Shown here: in pieces, positions 23,149-32,592 of the stretch
Layout of the letters: each line of letters begins with the position of its first letter
How positions within the stretch are numbered: the first letter of the stretch is position 1
Assembly (NCBI GenBank): GCA_002328165.1
Contig: DCWS01000077.1
Coordinates: 1,624 to 65,623, forward strand
Direction: 5' to 3'
Source of the DNA: Desulfobacteraceae bacterium UBA2156
GTDB taxonomy: Bacteria; Desulfobacterota; Desulfobacteria; Desulfobacterales; UBA2156
Length of the DNA: 64,000 bases
Notes under the pieces: model-generated
What the model was told of the DNA's origin: nothing
Database searches by the model: none
The model's input: the letters and a program-made list of their open reading frames with translations, nothing else
Translations under genes and position numbers: made by a program

Positions 23149-24354
23149 ATGCCTAAAAAGAAGAAAAAACCGGTAGCCCCATATATGGCCGTGGGCCTAT
23201 CCACAGTCGTCTATGGGATTGCTGAGCGAAAACATATCAAAATCAATTTGGCTACCATTGAAGAAAATATTCACGCAGCGGTGTCGATGGTAAACATCAA
23301 TATGCCGGTCAGGCTGATCGCATTGGCAGAAGGTGCGATGACCGGTTTTACCGATGAAGCCTTTGATTTGTCCCATACCGCTGCGGCAAACGACCTGTTT
23401 ATCGACATTCCAGGTGAAGAAACTGAATTCCTCGGGGTGCTGGCCAAGCTCTATGACACTTATATTGTTGTTCAGTGTAAAGCTCGCTGGCCCGAAATAA
23501 TGCCCAATCGTTACTTTAATACCCTGTTTATCCTTTCACCTACCGGTGAAATCGTACACAAGGCCGCCAAAAACCACATATGGTGCCGGGAGCGATCCTG
23601 TACGCCCCACGATGTTTATGATCGGTGGGTTGAACTTTTCGGGGATGGTATCGATGCGTTTTATCCGGTATTAAAGACCGATGACATCGGAAATATCGGC
23701 ACCATTTGCTGCAGCGACGGTGAATACCCTGAGGCGGTTCGAGCGTTGGCACTAAATGGTGCTGAAGTGGTTTATCGCCCAAGTGAAGCAATGCCGATGA
23801 CCGGAAACTCATACCCCGGCGGGGGCGGCTGGATGATCCAGAACCGAGGCCATGCGCAGTTTAACAGCCTGTATATGATTTGTCCGAATGTCGGACCTGT
23901 GTTCCTCCATCCAAAGATGAAACATCCCATTGATATTGCCGGCGGAAATTCCCACATCGTCAATTATTATGGTAACATCATTTCGTATTCCGCTTCTGGC
24001 TATAACACCATGGTGGCGGCAGTTATTGACATTGAAGCGCTTCGGCAGTTTAGGGTCATGAATCTCAACAGCAACTGGATGAAGGATTTAAGAACTGAGA
24101 TATTCAAAAAAATGTATGAACGACCGATTCATCCAAAGAATCTGTGGATGGACCAAAATCCGCAGCCCCATGAAAAGGTGGACGAAATTTACAGGGATAA
24201 CATCCGCTGTCTGATTAAACGGGGTTCATTTACAGAGCCCGGCACTCATTTTCGCGGGGCTTATTATCAATCCGGCGCTTCTTCTCCGGAGGAGGAAAAT
24301 TGGGAAAACATAAAACTGCTCTGGGACGGATGGATGGAAGATGAAGATCAATAA
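23149..24354 (+). CDS. Carbon-nitrogen hydrolase (nitrilase/amidase superfamily)
   Basis: 401 aa. Putative Glu-Lys-Cys triad in LIALAEGAM, HKAAKNH and GTICCSDGEYPE. RBS aggagga. Confidence 0.75.
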   Translation: MPKKKKKPVAPYMAVGLSTVVYGIAERKHIKINLATIEENIHAAVSMVNINMPVRLIALAEGAMTGFTDEAFDLSHTAAANDLFIDIPGEETEFLGVLAKLYDTYIVVQCKARWPEIMPNRYFNTLFILSPTGEIVHKAAKNHIWCRERSCTPHDVYDRWVELFGDGIDAFYPVLKTDDIGNIGTICCSDGEYPEAVRALALNGAEVVYRPSEAMPMTGNSYPGGGGWMIQNRGHAQFNSLYMICPNVGPVFLHPKMKHPIDIAGGNSHIVNYYGNIISYSASGYNTMVAAVIDIEALRQFRVMNLNSNWMKDLRTEIFKKMYERPIHPKNLWMDQNPQPHEKVDEIYRDNIRCLIKRGSFTEPGTHFRGAYYQSGASSPEEENWENIKLLWDGWMEDEDQ

Positions 24355-24438
24355 AAAATTCAAGATCCAATTGCCTTTATCACCGGTACGTCGGCGGCGG
24401 TTGAGCGTGGGAAACCGGTGAAATAGAAAGGAGACAAC

Positions 24439-24531
24439 ATGAAAAAAGTAAAGAATACCGAAATTAAACGTGCCCTCTGCTTCGGTTGCTGGCTTCAGAC
24501 AGGTGCGGGCAAGGAGATAAAAAATCAATGA
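24439..24531 (+). pseudogene. 30-codon ORF that is a relic copy of the N-terminus of a molybdopterin oxidoreductase; its stop overlaps (ATGA) the rdhA-like start
   Basis: MKKVKNTEIKRALCFGCWLQTGAG... versus MQKIETAEVKRAICFGCWLQAGVL... at 25715. Strong RBS aaaggaga 5 nt upstream. Confidence 0.5.
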
Positions 24532-25685
24532 AAGCGCGATTTGTTGATCAGGGAGCCGACCGGTATGTGGTTGGGAATGTGACCCAATTTGATCAAAAGA
24601 ATGAAATGTTCTGCAGACCGCTATGGGATGAAGAGATGCTGGATCTGGGCAAGAAATTCTATATGACAGAAGTGCCGCCCAGGAATAAACCGGGCTATCG
24701 CTTAAAAGATCAGGCCATGGTGAATGCCGCGTGGCACCTTGAAAACACATTTGCTCAGGGTGTGGCCGGCGGCAGGATGGGAATGTACGCCTGGGAATGG
24801 GATCAAATTTTCGAATTTCCGCTGGTGCCGCCGGGATTGAAAATTGATCTCGACAACCCTGCTGAGGTAACGGATGGTATAAAAAGGGTAGCTAAATTCT
24901 TTGGCAGCGCTTTGGTCGGGGTCTGCAAGTTGGATAGACGCTGGGTGTATTCGGCTGCCTTTCCGTTCAGAGATCAAAAGCCAACGCCAAGTGAGCTAGG
25001 CGATCAGTATCAATATGCCATCGCAATTGCCATTGAGATGAATTATCAGGCAATTCGCTGTTCCCCAACAAGTCCATCTTCGGCAGCTACCGGCCTGGGA
25101 TATTCTAAAATGGCGTTTATCGCCGGGTTGCTGGCACATTATATCAGAGGATTGGGATTTAAGGCAATTGCCTGTGGAAATGACACCGCCTGCAGCATTC
25201 CTATCGCCATTGACGCCGGGTTGGGAGAGCTGGCACGCAACGGATTATTGATTACCCAGGCCTTTGGTCCCAGGATTCGATTGGCCAAGGTGCTGACAGA
25301 TATGCCCCTGATCGCGGATAGACCCATTGAATTCGGTGTCTGGGACTTCTGTTTGAAATGTGAAAAATGCGCTGTGAAATGCCCCAGCCAATCTATTGCC
25401 TATGGAGAGCCCACCGACAAACTCAATAATATTTCCAACAGGCAGGGATTATTAAGGTGGCCGATTAATGCGGTAGAGTGCTTGCGTTTCTGGGCGGCGA
25501 ATGGTACAGATTGTGCGAATTGTATCCGGACCTGCCCTTTCAACAAACCCACAGGGTGGCTTCACGATACTGTCCGATGGGGCGTGAGGAATCTTCGCTG
25601 GTTAAACCCATTTTTTCTATGGATGGATGACATCTGCGGCTATGGCAAGCAGACAAATGCAGATAAATTCTGGACCACGCAGTGA
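24528..25685 (+). CDS. Reductive-dehalogenase-family (RdhA-like) corrinoid/Fe-S protein, no Tat leader
   Basis: 385 aa. FGSALVGVCKLDRRWVYS, IPIAIDAGLGELARNGLLIT..FGPRIRL, and two cluster motifs CLKCEKCAVKCP and CANCIRTCP. No RR signal; no rdhB-like neighbour. Confidence 0.75.
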   Translation: MKARFVDQGADRYVVGNVTQFDQKNEMFCRPLWDEEMLDLGKKFYMTEVPPRNKPGYRLKDQAMVNAAWHLENTFAQGVAGGRMGMYAWEWDQIFEFPLVPPGLKIDLDNPAEVTDGIKRVAKFFGSALVGVCKLDRRWVYSAAFPFRDQKPTPSELGDQYQYAIAIAIEMNYQAIRCSPTSPSSAATGLGYSKMAFIAGLLAHYIRGLGFKAIACGNDTACSIPIAIDAGLGELARNGLLITQAFGPRIRLAKVLTDMPLIADRPIEFGVWDFCLKCEKCAVKCPSQSIAYGEPTDKLNNISNRQGLLRWPINAVECLRFWAANGTDCANCIRTCPFNKPTGWLHDTVRWGVRNLRWLNPFFLWMDDICGYGKQTNADKFWTTQ

Positions 25686-25714
25686 GCGGCCAATTCATTC
25701 CGGATGGAGATATA

Positions 25715-27973
25715 ATGCAAAAAATCGAAACAGCCGAAGTAAAGCGCGCTATTTGTTTTGGCTGCTGGCTGCAGGCCGGTGTGCTGGTAACCGTCGAAAA
25801 CGGCAGAGTTGTGAAACTCAGCGGAGAACCCGGACATCCGGTAAACCAGGGCTGGATTTGCGAGCGCTCCAAGGCATTTATCGAACACCTCTATCACGAA
25901 GATCGGCTCAATTATCCCCTCAAGCGTACGGGTCAAAGAGGTGAAGGCCGGTGGGAAAAAATATCATGGGAAAAAGCCCTGGATGAAGTTTCTGAAAAAC
26001 TTGGCCGGATCAAAACCGAGAGCGGTGCCGAAGCCGTGGCCTCGGTTGGCGGTACCGGCAGGGGTTTTTCAGAAATGTTTAAAGTCAGATTTATGAATCT
26101 TTTCGAAAGCCCGAACCACGCCAATGCCGGTCAATGGTGCTCGGTTGTCAGCCGCCAAATTCATGCGGCCGTGTACGGCGCCGGGGCCAGCCGTGCCGTA
26201 AAACCGCCCTGTGAATGTGCCGTCATTTGGGGAGGCAATCCGGCTGAGTCATTAGCGTGCATATTTCCGCAGCACATTAAAGCCAAGCGCAAGGGGGTCA
26301 AGTATATTGTCATTGATCCCAAATATTCGGAAACGGCAGCGCGTCTGGCCGATCACTGGCTAAGGCTCAGGCCCGGTACCGATGCTGCCCTGGCTTTGGG
26401 CTGGTTGAATGTGATTATTGAAGAAGAGCTGTATGATAAAAATTTTGTCGAGCAATGGTGCCACGGCTTCGACGAGCTGAAAGACCGCGTAAAACAGCAT
26501 CCCCCCGGCAAAGTTGCAGAAATTACCGGGGTGCTGAAAGAACAGATTGTACAAACCGCCCGATTGTACGCCGCCAGCAGGCCGGCGTCGATTATCTGGG
26601 GCGTAAAGTCGGACATGCAGGGAATCAACGTCACCAGCATCACCCAGGCCAAATGCATATTGCGGGCAATTACCGGCAATCTGGATGTCATCGGCGGCGA
26701 TATGCTGTCCGGTCCCTGCGAGAAGGCCAACTATGGCGCCCTGATGGAGTACATGGATCGGCTGCCGGCGGGGCAGAGAAAAAAGCAACTCGGTGCCGGA
26801 GAGCACAAGCTGTGGGGCTTCCCGGGATATGAAATGGTTGACGAAGTCGCCAAACCTTACTGGTATGATAAGGGACTGTCGGCCGGCTTTCTTCCCGGTT
26901 GCCACGAACCGGCGATCTGGACGGCCATCCTCGATGGAAATCCGTATCAGGTTCGAGGGCTAATTTGTGGCGCCTGCAATCCTTTGATTGCCTATCCCAA
27001 TACAAAAAGAATTTATGAGGCCTTGAAAAGTTCGAATCTCGAGCTTCTCGTTGTTGCCGAACAGTGGATGACCCCGACGGCCATGCTGGCGGATTATGTA
27101 TTCCCGATCACCAACTGGCTGGAACATCCCCAGCTGTACACCCAGACGTCCCAGGGCAGCGGCAATGTGGCATCTATCGGTCAGCGCGTGGTTGAACCCC
27201 TGTACGAGCGCCGCACGGATTATGAACTCTACCGGGAATTAGGCCTGCGTTTGGGTCAGGAAAAATACTGGCGCCGTAGCCTTGAAGAAGAATGGGATTA
27301 CTGTCTGGAGCCACTACTGGGCGAACTTAATTTGACAAATTCGGAGGAATTTGCCGTAAAACAACGTTTCTGGGCACCCCCGGCAATCGAAAAACGTTAC
27401 GAACAGATTAACCCGTATACGGGCAAACCCAAAGGGTTTGCAACGCCTACGGGCAAGGTCGAACTGTATTCCACCATTCTTGAAAAGCTGGGTTACGATC
27501 CTTTGCCCGGTTATGAAGAGCCGCCGGAAACACCCGTCAGTCAGCCGGAGATTGCCAAAAAATATCCCTTCATCCTGATTACCGGGGCCAGATTCCGTCC
27601 CATGCACCACTCCGAGCATCGACAGATCCGCTCCCTGCGCAAACTTTATCCCTACCCGACCGTTGAAATTAATCCGGATACAGCCCGACAATCAGGGATC
27701 GGTGAAGGCGACTGGACGGTAATAGAGACTTTGAGAGGCAAGATAAAACAAAAGGCCAAGCTCACCTCCAGAATTCTGCCAAGAATGGTTGAATGCCAGC
27801 ACGGGTGGTGGTTGCCGGAGGAAATTGGTGAAGACCCGGTGCTGTTCGGCACTTTTGAATACAACGTGAACGTTCTGACACCGGATTCAGAGAAATTTTG
27901 TGACCCTGCAACAGGGGCGGTCACCTTTGGTCCCTTATTATGTAAAATTTATCCCCTAAAAAAATTTACGTAA
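25715..27973 (+). CDS. Molybdopterin (bis-MGD, DMSO-reductase-family) oxidoreductase, cytoplasmic type
   Basis: 752 aa. N-terminal CFGCWLQAG...GHPVNQGWIC, conserved GTGRG, IVIDPKYSETA and LRPGTDAAL segments, and a C-terminal dinucleotide-binding barrel (ILITGAR...HS). No Tat leader. Confidence 0.8.
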   Translation: MQKIETAEVKRAICFGCWLQAGVLVTVENGRVVKLSGEPGHPVNQGWICERSKAFIEHLYHEDRLNYPLKRTGQRGEGRWEKISWEKALDEVSEKLGRIKTESGAEAVASVGGTGRGFSEMFKVRFMNLFESPNHANAGQWCSVVSRQIHAAVYGAGASRAVKPPCECAVIWGGNPAESLACIFPQHIKAKRKGVKYIVIDPKYSETAARLADHWLRLRPGTDAALALGWLNVIIEEELYDKNFVEQWCHGFDELKDRVKQHPPGKVAEITGVLKEQIVQTARLYAASRPASIIWGVKSDMQGINVTSITQAKCILRAITGNLDVIGGDMLSGPCEKANYGALMEYMDRLPAGQRKKQLGAGEHKLWGFPGYEMVDEVAKPYWYDKGLSAGFLPGCHEPAIWTAILDGNPYQVRGLICGACNPLIAYPNTKRIYEALKSSNLELLVVAEQWMTPTAMLADYVFPITNWLEHPQLYTQTSQGSGNVASIGQRVVEPLYERRTDYELYRELGLRLGQEKYWRRSLEEEWDYCLEPLLGELNLTNSEEFAVKQRFWAPPAIEKRYEQINPYTGKPKGFATPTGKVELYSTILEKLGYDPLPGYEEPPETPVSQPEIAKKYPFILITGARFRPMHHSEHRQIRSLRKLYPYPTVEINPDTARQSGIGEGDWTVIETLRGKIKQKAKLTSRILPRMVECQHGWWLPEEIGEDPVLFGTFEYNVNVLTPDSEKFCDPATGAVTFGPLLCKIYPLKKFT

Positions 27974-28091
27974 TGTACTTAAGTATCACCCCTTTAATTT
28001 TAAGAAGGCCCTTATGCGGCGAGGAGCGAATAAAATTTTTCTTCACCCTGTGCCGGATGTGACGCTCAGGTGGAGTGGGGTGCTAAACATT

Positions 28092-28565
28092 TCAGCGAAC
28101 CTTAAAGCCATGATCCTTTTGCCAATCGGGTCCGAATTTTTTCTCGCAATAGTCCGCCAGCCTGTCAAACCATCTCCACCAGAAGTTTTTTCCTTTTTTT
28201 TTGGCTTCCAAAATATCATTTAAAAACATAGTGATATGGGTCATCTCTTCTTTGGGTACAAACGATGCAGCACCCTCATGATATGACATTTTTATATTTT
28301 CGGGTGTCACTGCATAGGCGGTCAGCATCACACCAATCACCTTGTTCTCGTTGCATATTTTTAATAATTCGTATCCCTCGACCCCCATGATGTCCAGAAT
28401 CGCGATATCAAAATATTGACTTTCGAGGAGCGTCTTGGCTTGATCAAAAGTAGAAGCCGTTTTCACCACACAAATGGTCAATAGATCCGCAAGTGTTTCC
28501 AAAACATCGGGTTCGTCATCGACAATGAGAATTCTTTTTCCCTCTAACAGATGATTTTTTTCCAT
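28092..28565 (-). CDS. Stand-alone response-regulator receiver protein (CheY-like) with short C-terminal extension
   Basis: KRILIVDDEPDVLETL...DIAILDIMG...VIGVMLTAY are receiver-domain motifs. No recognisable output domain. Confidence 0.8.
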   Translation of the reverse strand: MEKNHLLEGKRILIVDDEPDVLETLADLLTICVVKTASTFDQAKTLLESQYFDIAILDIMGVEGYELLKICNENKVIGVMLTAYAVTPENIKMSYHEGAASFVPKEEMTHITMFLNDILEAKKKGKNFWWRWFDRLADYCEKKFGPDWQKDHGFKVR

Positions 28566-28829
28566 GGGTTTGCCCTTAAACACAATTTATTCAGATTTCA
28601 CACTCCCAATCCACAGAAGCGTCGTCTTCGCAAAATCTAAAGTACGAAACATGAGCAATTTAATTTTTTTATCTTTCATTGGTGAACGCCTAAAAATTTT
28701 CTTGCTAAGTGAGTAAAATGACCTTTTAAAATACCGTTATTGGTTAACTTAATGCATTTTGTGGATGAATCAAGGGGAAAGCGGTCTGGAAATTTTACCA
28801 TTTCAATTCAAACACACCCTTTGGCTGCT

Positions 28830-29467
28830 TTATCGAAATGACAGGAAGTATCGTCTCCCATCAATGGTTCTGAAGACCGCTTCGGTTTCCTCGGCTTTGT
28901 TCCAGAAATTGGGGACCAATGGTGCTGCGCCCGACCCACATGCTTTGAGACTCGAGAGATCGTATTGATTCATATTCGGATGGTTCACAATGCCAGCGTA
29001 CAGGGCGGGGACACAGTGCAGAATTGTACCTTTTTGCTTTTGTATCTCCTCTAACAGATCAGACAGTGGTGGGTTTCCAGCCCTTGGTTCCGGGATGCAA
29101 ACGAGTCTGCCCGCCAGATGGGCAGACGCAATCATGGTCAGCGTTATTCCGTAGCAGCATGTAACAGTGGTGGTACCCATCTTAAGTATACCGAAGAAGA
29201 CAGCTGGATAGTGAGGCATGTTGGGCAGAAATATTGCGACCCTGTCGCCTTTTTTGATGCCCTGCTTGAGGAGAAAATCGGCGATCTTGTTGGCACCATC
29301 TCTGATCTCAGAGAAAGTTCGTCCGACCCCACTTCATACAGTGTAGATCGAATCGCCGCACCGGTCAGCTGTTCTATCGATACCCCATAAAGCGGTTCGT
29401 TCGGATAATCGAGCGATTTCATGACATGCTCTGGCCATTTGCGTTTATGCCACAACATTTCTTTCAT
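28830..29467 (-). pseudogene. Heavily decayed AMP-dependent acyl-CoA synthetase/ligase gene
   Basis: N-terminus MLWHKRKWPEHVMKSLDYPNEPLY. After a 1-nt frameshift it continues RTFSEIRDGANKIADFLLKQGIKKGDRVAIFLPNMPHYPAVFFGILKMG. Internal deletions then jump to TILHCVPALY...YDLSSLKACGSGAAPL. About 640 bp remain of an expected ~1.6 kb. Confidence 0.65.
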
Positions 29468-29685
29468 TTATCTATCCCCCTTTTATAGGTTTAAAGAAAT
29501 GAAATTGGTTGACATTTTATCAGGAAGTTGGGAAGTTTGGATGGGTCAGTACTTTAAGAATTTAGATCAAACTGAAAATCGGTCGCAAATACCGTTGCGC
29601 CGATTGAACTGAAGCATCGATCTGTTTCACAACCAGCCAAGGAAATACACTTATTTTTTACCCCAACCTTAGCCCAGGAGGGATT

Positions 29686-30528
29686 TTGCATAACCGCCTA
29701 TCAATTTTATTCTGGACGCTTATCTGGATCGTATCGGCGGCAATGCCTAGTTATTGTGGTGAAGAACAGGAATTGGTAGAAAGGATGGAAGCCGGCAGTA
29801 TAAACTGGTCCAGGTGGGTGGTTCAGACCAAGGGGGTCAGCACGCCGAATGAAAAAGACAAAAAAAGTAAACCCCAAGATGTATTGGTCGTTGCGAAACA
29901 GAAGGCCGTACGTAAAATCCTCGAAGTTGTAAAAAATATAAGGATCGATTCCAACTATACTGTCAGTGATTATGCCAGTGGAAACGATGTTATTTTAAGC
30001 AAAATAGAGAGCCTGATTAAGGATGCACATGTGGTAAAGCAAAATTATTTGTCAGATGGGACGGTAGAGGTTACAATGGAGGTGAGTCTGTTGGGCGGTT
30101 TTTCTCAACTTATTCTTCCTCAAGCCATCAAACAGATTGGATCGATTAAAACCATAGCACCTACCCAAGGGAAACATTCTCCCTTTACAGGATTGATTGT
30201 AGATGCCAGAAAGATTGGTGCGCGTCCGGCCATGACCCTCCAAATCGTCGATGAAAACCAGAAGGAGGTTTATGGGTCCGCATTTGTCAGCCGCGAATGT
30301 GCTGTTCAGCATGGAATCGGGGGGTATACAACAGATATGGCCTTCGCTCAAAACCATCAGCGGGTGACGAATAAGCCGCTAATTGTAAAAGGATTGAAGA
30401 CAAGCGGCGGACCGGGGGTCTCCAGTGTGATCGTCATTAGCAATGCGGATGCCTCAAAGCTCAGGGGCTCTTCGAAACACCTCTCTTTTTTAAAAAAATG
30501 TCGTGTGATGATCGTGGTTGCCCTCTGA
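29686..30528 (+). CDS. Secreted/periplasmic protein of unknown function
   Basis: 280 aa with an N-terminal signal-like segment (LSILFWTLIWIVSAAMP). No family recognised with confidence. Confidence 0.4.
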   Translation: MHNRLSILFWTLIWIVSAAMPSYCGEEQELVERMEAGSINWSRWVVQTKGVSTPNEKDKKSKPQDVLVVAKQKAVRKILEVVKNIRIDSNYTVSDYASGNDVILSKIESLIKDAHVVKQNYLSDGTVEVTMEVSLLGGFSQLILPQAIKQIGSIKTIAPTQGKHSPFTGLIVDARKIGARPAMTLQIVDENQKEVYGSAFVSRECAVQHGIGGYTTDMAFAQNHQRVTNKPLIVKGLKTSGGPGVSSVIVISNADASKLRGSSKHLSFLKKCRVMIVVAL

Positions 30529-30629
30529 ATAGAGACAGCGGGAAAATCCTAAAATAGAACTTAATTCCCGGCAGGCGGAAGGTTCTTTGTGCCTAAATGA
30601 CGGGCGTTTCGATGCGATGTGGAGGAATC

Positions 30630-31228
30630 ATGGCATTTAGAATAAAATGTTTTGCCGTGGCTATGATGAGCGCGTTTTTCTTTTCCGCGTGCGGCCAGAA
30701 GTTGCTTACACCAAAGACCAGACTCGATACGCCTGCTCAACATGTTCGCAACGGGATAAAATTGCTGAAGCTGGACAAGTTTGAAGCCGCTTTTCGAGAA
30801 TTCAGCAGGGCAAATGAACTCGATCCGAAATTATCATCTCCCTATGTGGGAATGGGCCTGGTATATGGTCATAAGGGTCAGTTTGGAAAAGGCTTGGTGT
30901 CCATAAGATGGGCGGATGAATTTGCCAAGGAGACCGAGCAAAAACTCGTAGCCCAAGTCGGGTACATGCGACTTTATATACTTGGCGGAGTGAAGCTTGA
31001 AAACAATGGTTAAGACAGGTAGAGGATGCTTTTCGAAAAGCAAAATCGGCCAGTGGAGATAATCCGAGACCGCATTATTACACGGGGGTGGCTTACAAAA
31101 TATCCCATGATTATGATAAAGCTTTAGAACGGTTTGTTCGAGTATTTGAGCTTGATAACGGTTTCGTCGAAGATGTAAGCAGTGAATATGAAGCGATACA
31201 AAAAATCAAAAGAACAAAGCCCTGATTA
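30630..31228 (+). pseudogene. TPR-repeat lipoprotein interrupted by a frameshift near 31000-31012
   Basis: Lipobox FFFSACG and TPR-like repeats. The frame ends at 31013, but a second frame (31001-31228: KQWLRQVEDAFRKAK...PHYYTGVAYKISHDYDKALERF) continues the TPR pattern. Confidence 0.5.
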
Positions 31229-31273
31229 GCCTCTTTGTAAACCTGCTTGTGACCCGCCTTCCAATCGGGAAGA

Positions 31274-32530
31274 TCAAGTGCCCAAGTCCCAGGAAGCCAA
31301 ATATTTTTTTTGTTCTCCCGTTAGCTTATCAATCGTAATCCCAACGCTCACCAGTTTTTCTTTGGCAATTAGCCTATCTATTTTTTCAGGCACCGGATAA
31401 ACGTCCCTAGCCAATGGTTTTTTTCGTTTGACCATGTGTTCAATGCTGAGTGCCTGATTCGCAAAACTCATGTCCATCACGCTCGAAGGATGGCCTTCGG
31501 CTGAAGCGAGATTTATTAACCGTCCTTCAGCGAGCACATTAACCCGCCGGCCATTTTTCAGAACATGTTCCTGAACATGGGGCCGAAGGGCTTTTGTGGT
31601 GGTGGTAATTTCTCTTAGCCCATCAAGGTCGAGCTCAACGTTAAAATGGCCGGAATTGCATATGATGGCGCCATCTTTCATGAGCATAAAGTGATTTTTC
31701 CGAATAACATTGATATTTCCAGTAACCGTGCAGAAAAAATCGCCAATCCCTGCTGCTTTCCGTATCGGCATTAGGGTAAATCCGTCCATGGCCGCTTCGA
31801 GGGCGGCCACCGGATTCACCTCGGTGACAATCACATTGGCCCCCATTCCACGGGCTCTCATTGCAAGGCCTTTTCCACACCAGCCATAGCCGCAAACAAC
31901 AAATCTAGAACCTGCTAAAAGACGGTTTGTTGACCGGATGATGCCGTCGATCGTGCTTTGTCCCGTGCCATAGCGATTGTCAAAAAAGTGTTTGGTCTGG
32001 GCGTCATTCACCGCAATGATCGGGTACTGTAGAATCCCTTCTCCTGCCATGCTTTTGAGTCGTATAATACCGGTGGTGGTTTCTTCCGTACCCCCCCGAA
32101 CATCTTTGATTAATTCATTTCTCTCCGAATGGAGAATAGAAACCAGATCAGCTCCATCGTCCATCGTATAATGGGGACCGGCATCCAGAACCGTGTGGAT
32201 ATGTTTGTAGTATGTTTTGTTGTTTTCACCCTTTATGGCGAAAACGGGGATTTTGTTATTTTTTACCAAGGACGCGGCAACATCATCCTGGGTGCTTAAC
32301 GGATTGGATGCGCAAAGAAAAACTTTAGCGCCACCGGTCTTCAGTGTTTGCATCAGAGAGGCGGTTTCAGTGGTGACATGAAGACAGGCGCCGATTCGAA
32401 TTCCTTTCAATGGCTTTTCATTTTTAAATCTGTCACGGATTCGATTTAAAACCGGCATGCTCTGATTGGCCCATTCGATGCGTCGTGCACCGTCATTTGC
32501 TAGTTTTATATCTTTGATATCATATTTCAT
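31274..32530 (-). CDS. ahcY: Adenosylhomocysteinase
   Basis: 418 aa. [15 protein letters not shown]...[11 protein letters not shown], and [14 protein letters not shown]-binding motif. Confidence 0.9.
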   Translation of the reverse strand: MKYDIKDIKLANDGARRIEWANQSMPVLNRIRDRFKNEKPLKGIRIGACLHVTTETASLMQTLKTGGAKVFLCASNPLSTQDDVAASLVKNNKIPVFAIKGENNKTYYKHIHTVLDAGPHYTMDDGADLVSILHSERNELIKDVRGGTEETTTGIIRLKSMAGEGILQYPIIAVNDAQTKHFFDNRYGTGQSTIDGIIRSTNRLLAGSRFVVCGYGWCGKGLAMRARGMGANVIVTEVNPVAALEAAMDGFTLMPIRKAAGIGDFFCTVTGNINVIRKNHFMLMKDGAIICNSGHFNVELDLDGLREITTTTKALRPHVQEHVLKNGRRVNVLAEGRLINLASAEGHPSSVMDMSFANQALSIEHMVKRKKPLARDVYPVPEKIDRLIAKEKLVSVGITIDKLTGEQKKYLASWDLGT

Positions 32531-32592
32531 TCTATTATCATCTCCATCAAATTAACGTTAATAATCATGGTTAAAGGTTTTCGGAGTTCTGT

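Noticed and set aside
24226-24750. 174-aa minus-strand ORF across the hydrolase/rdhA junction
   Set aside because: It is antisense to two supported genes and the relic mini-ORF. No motifs.
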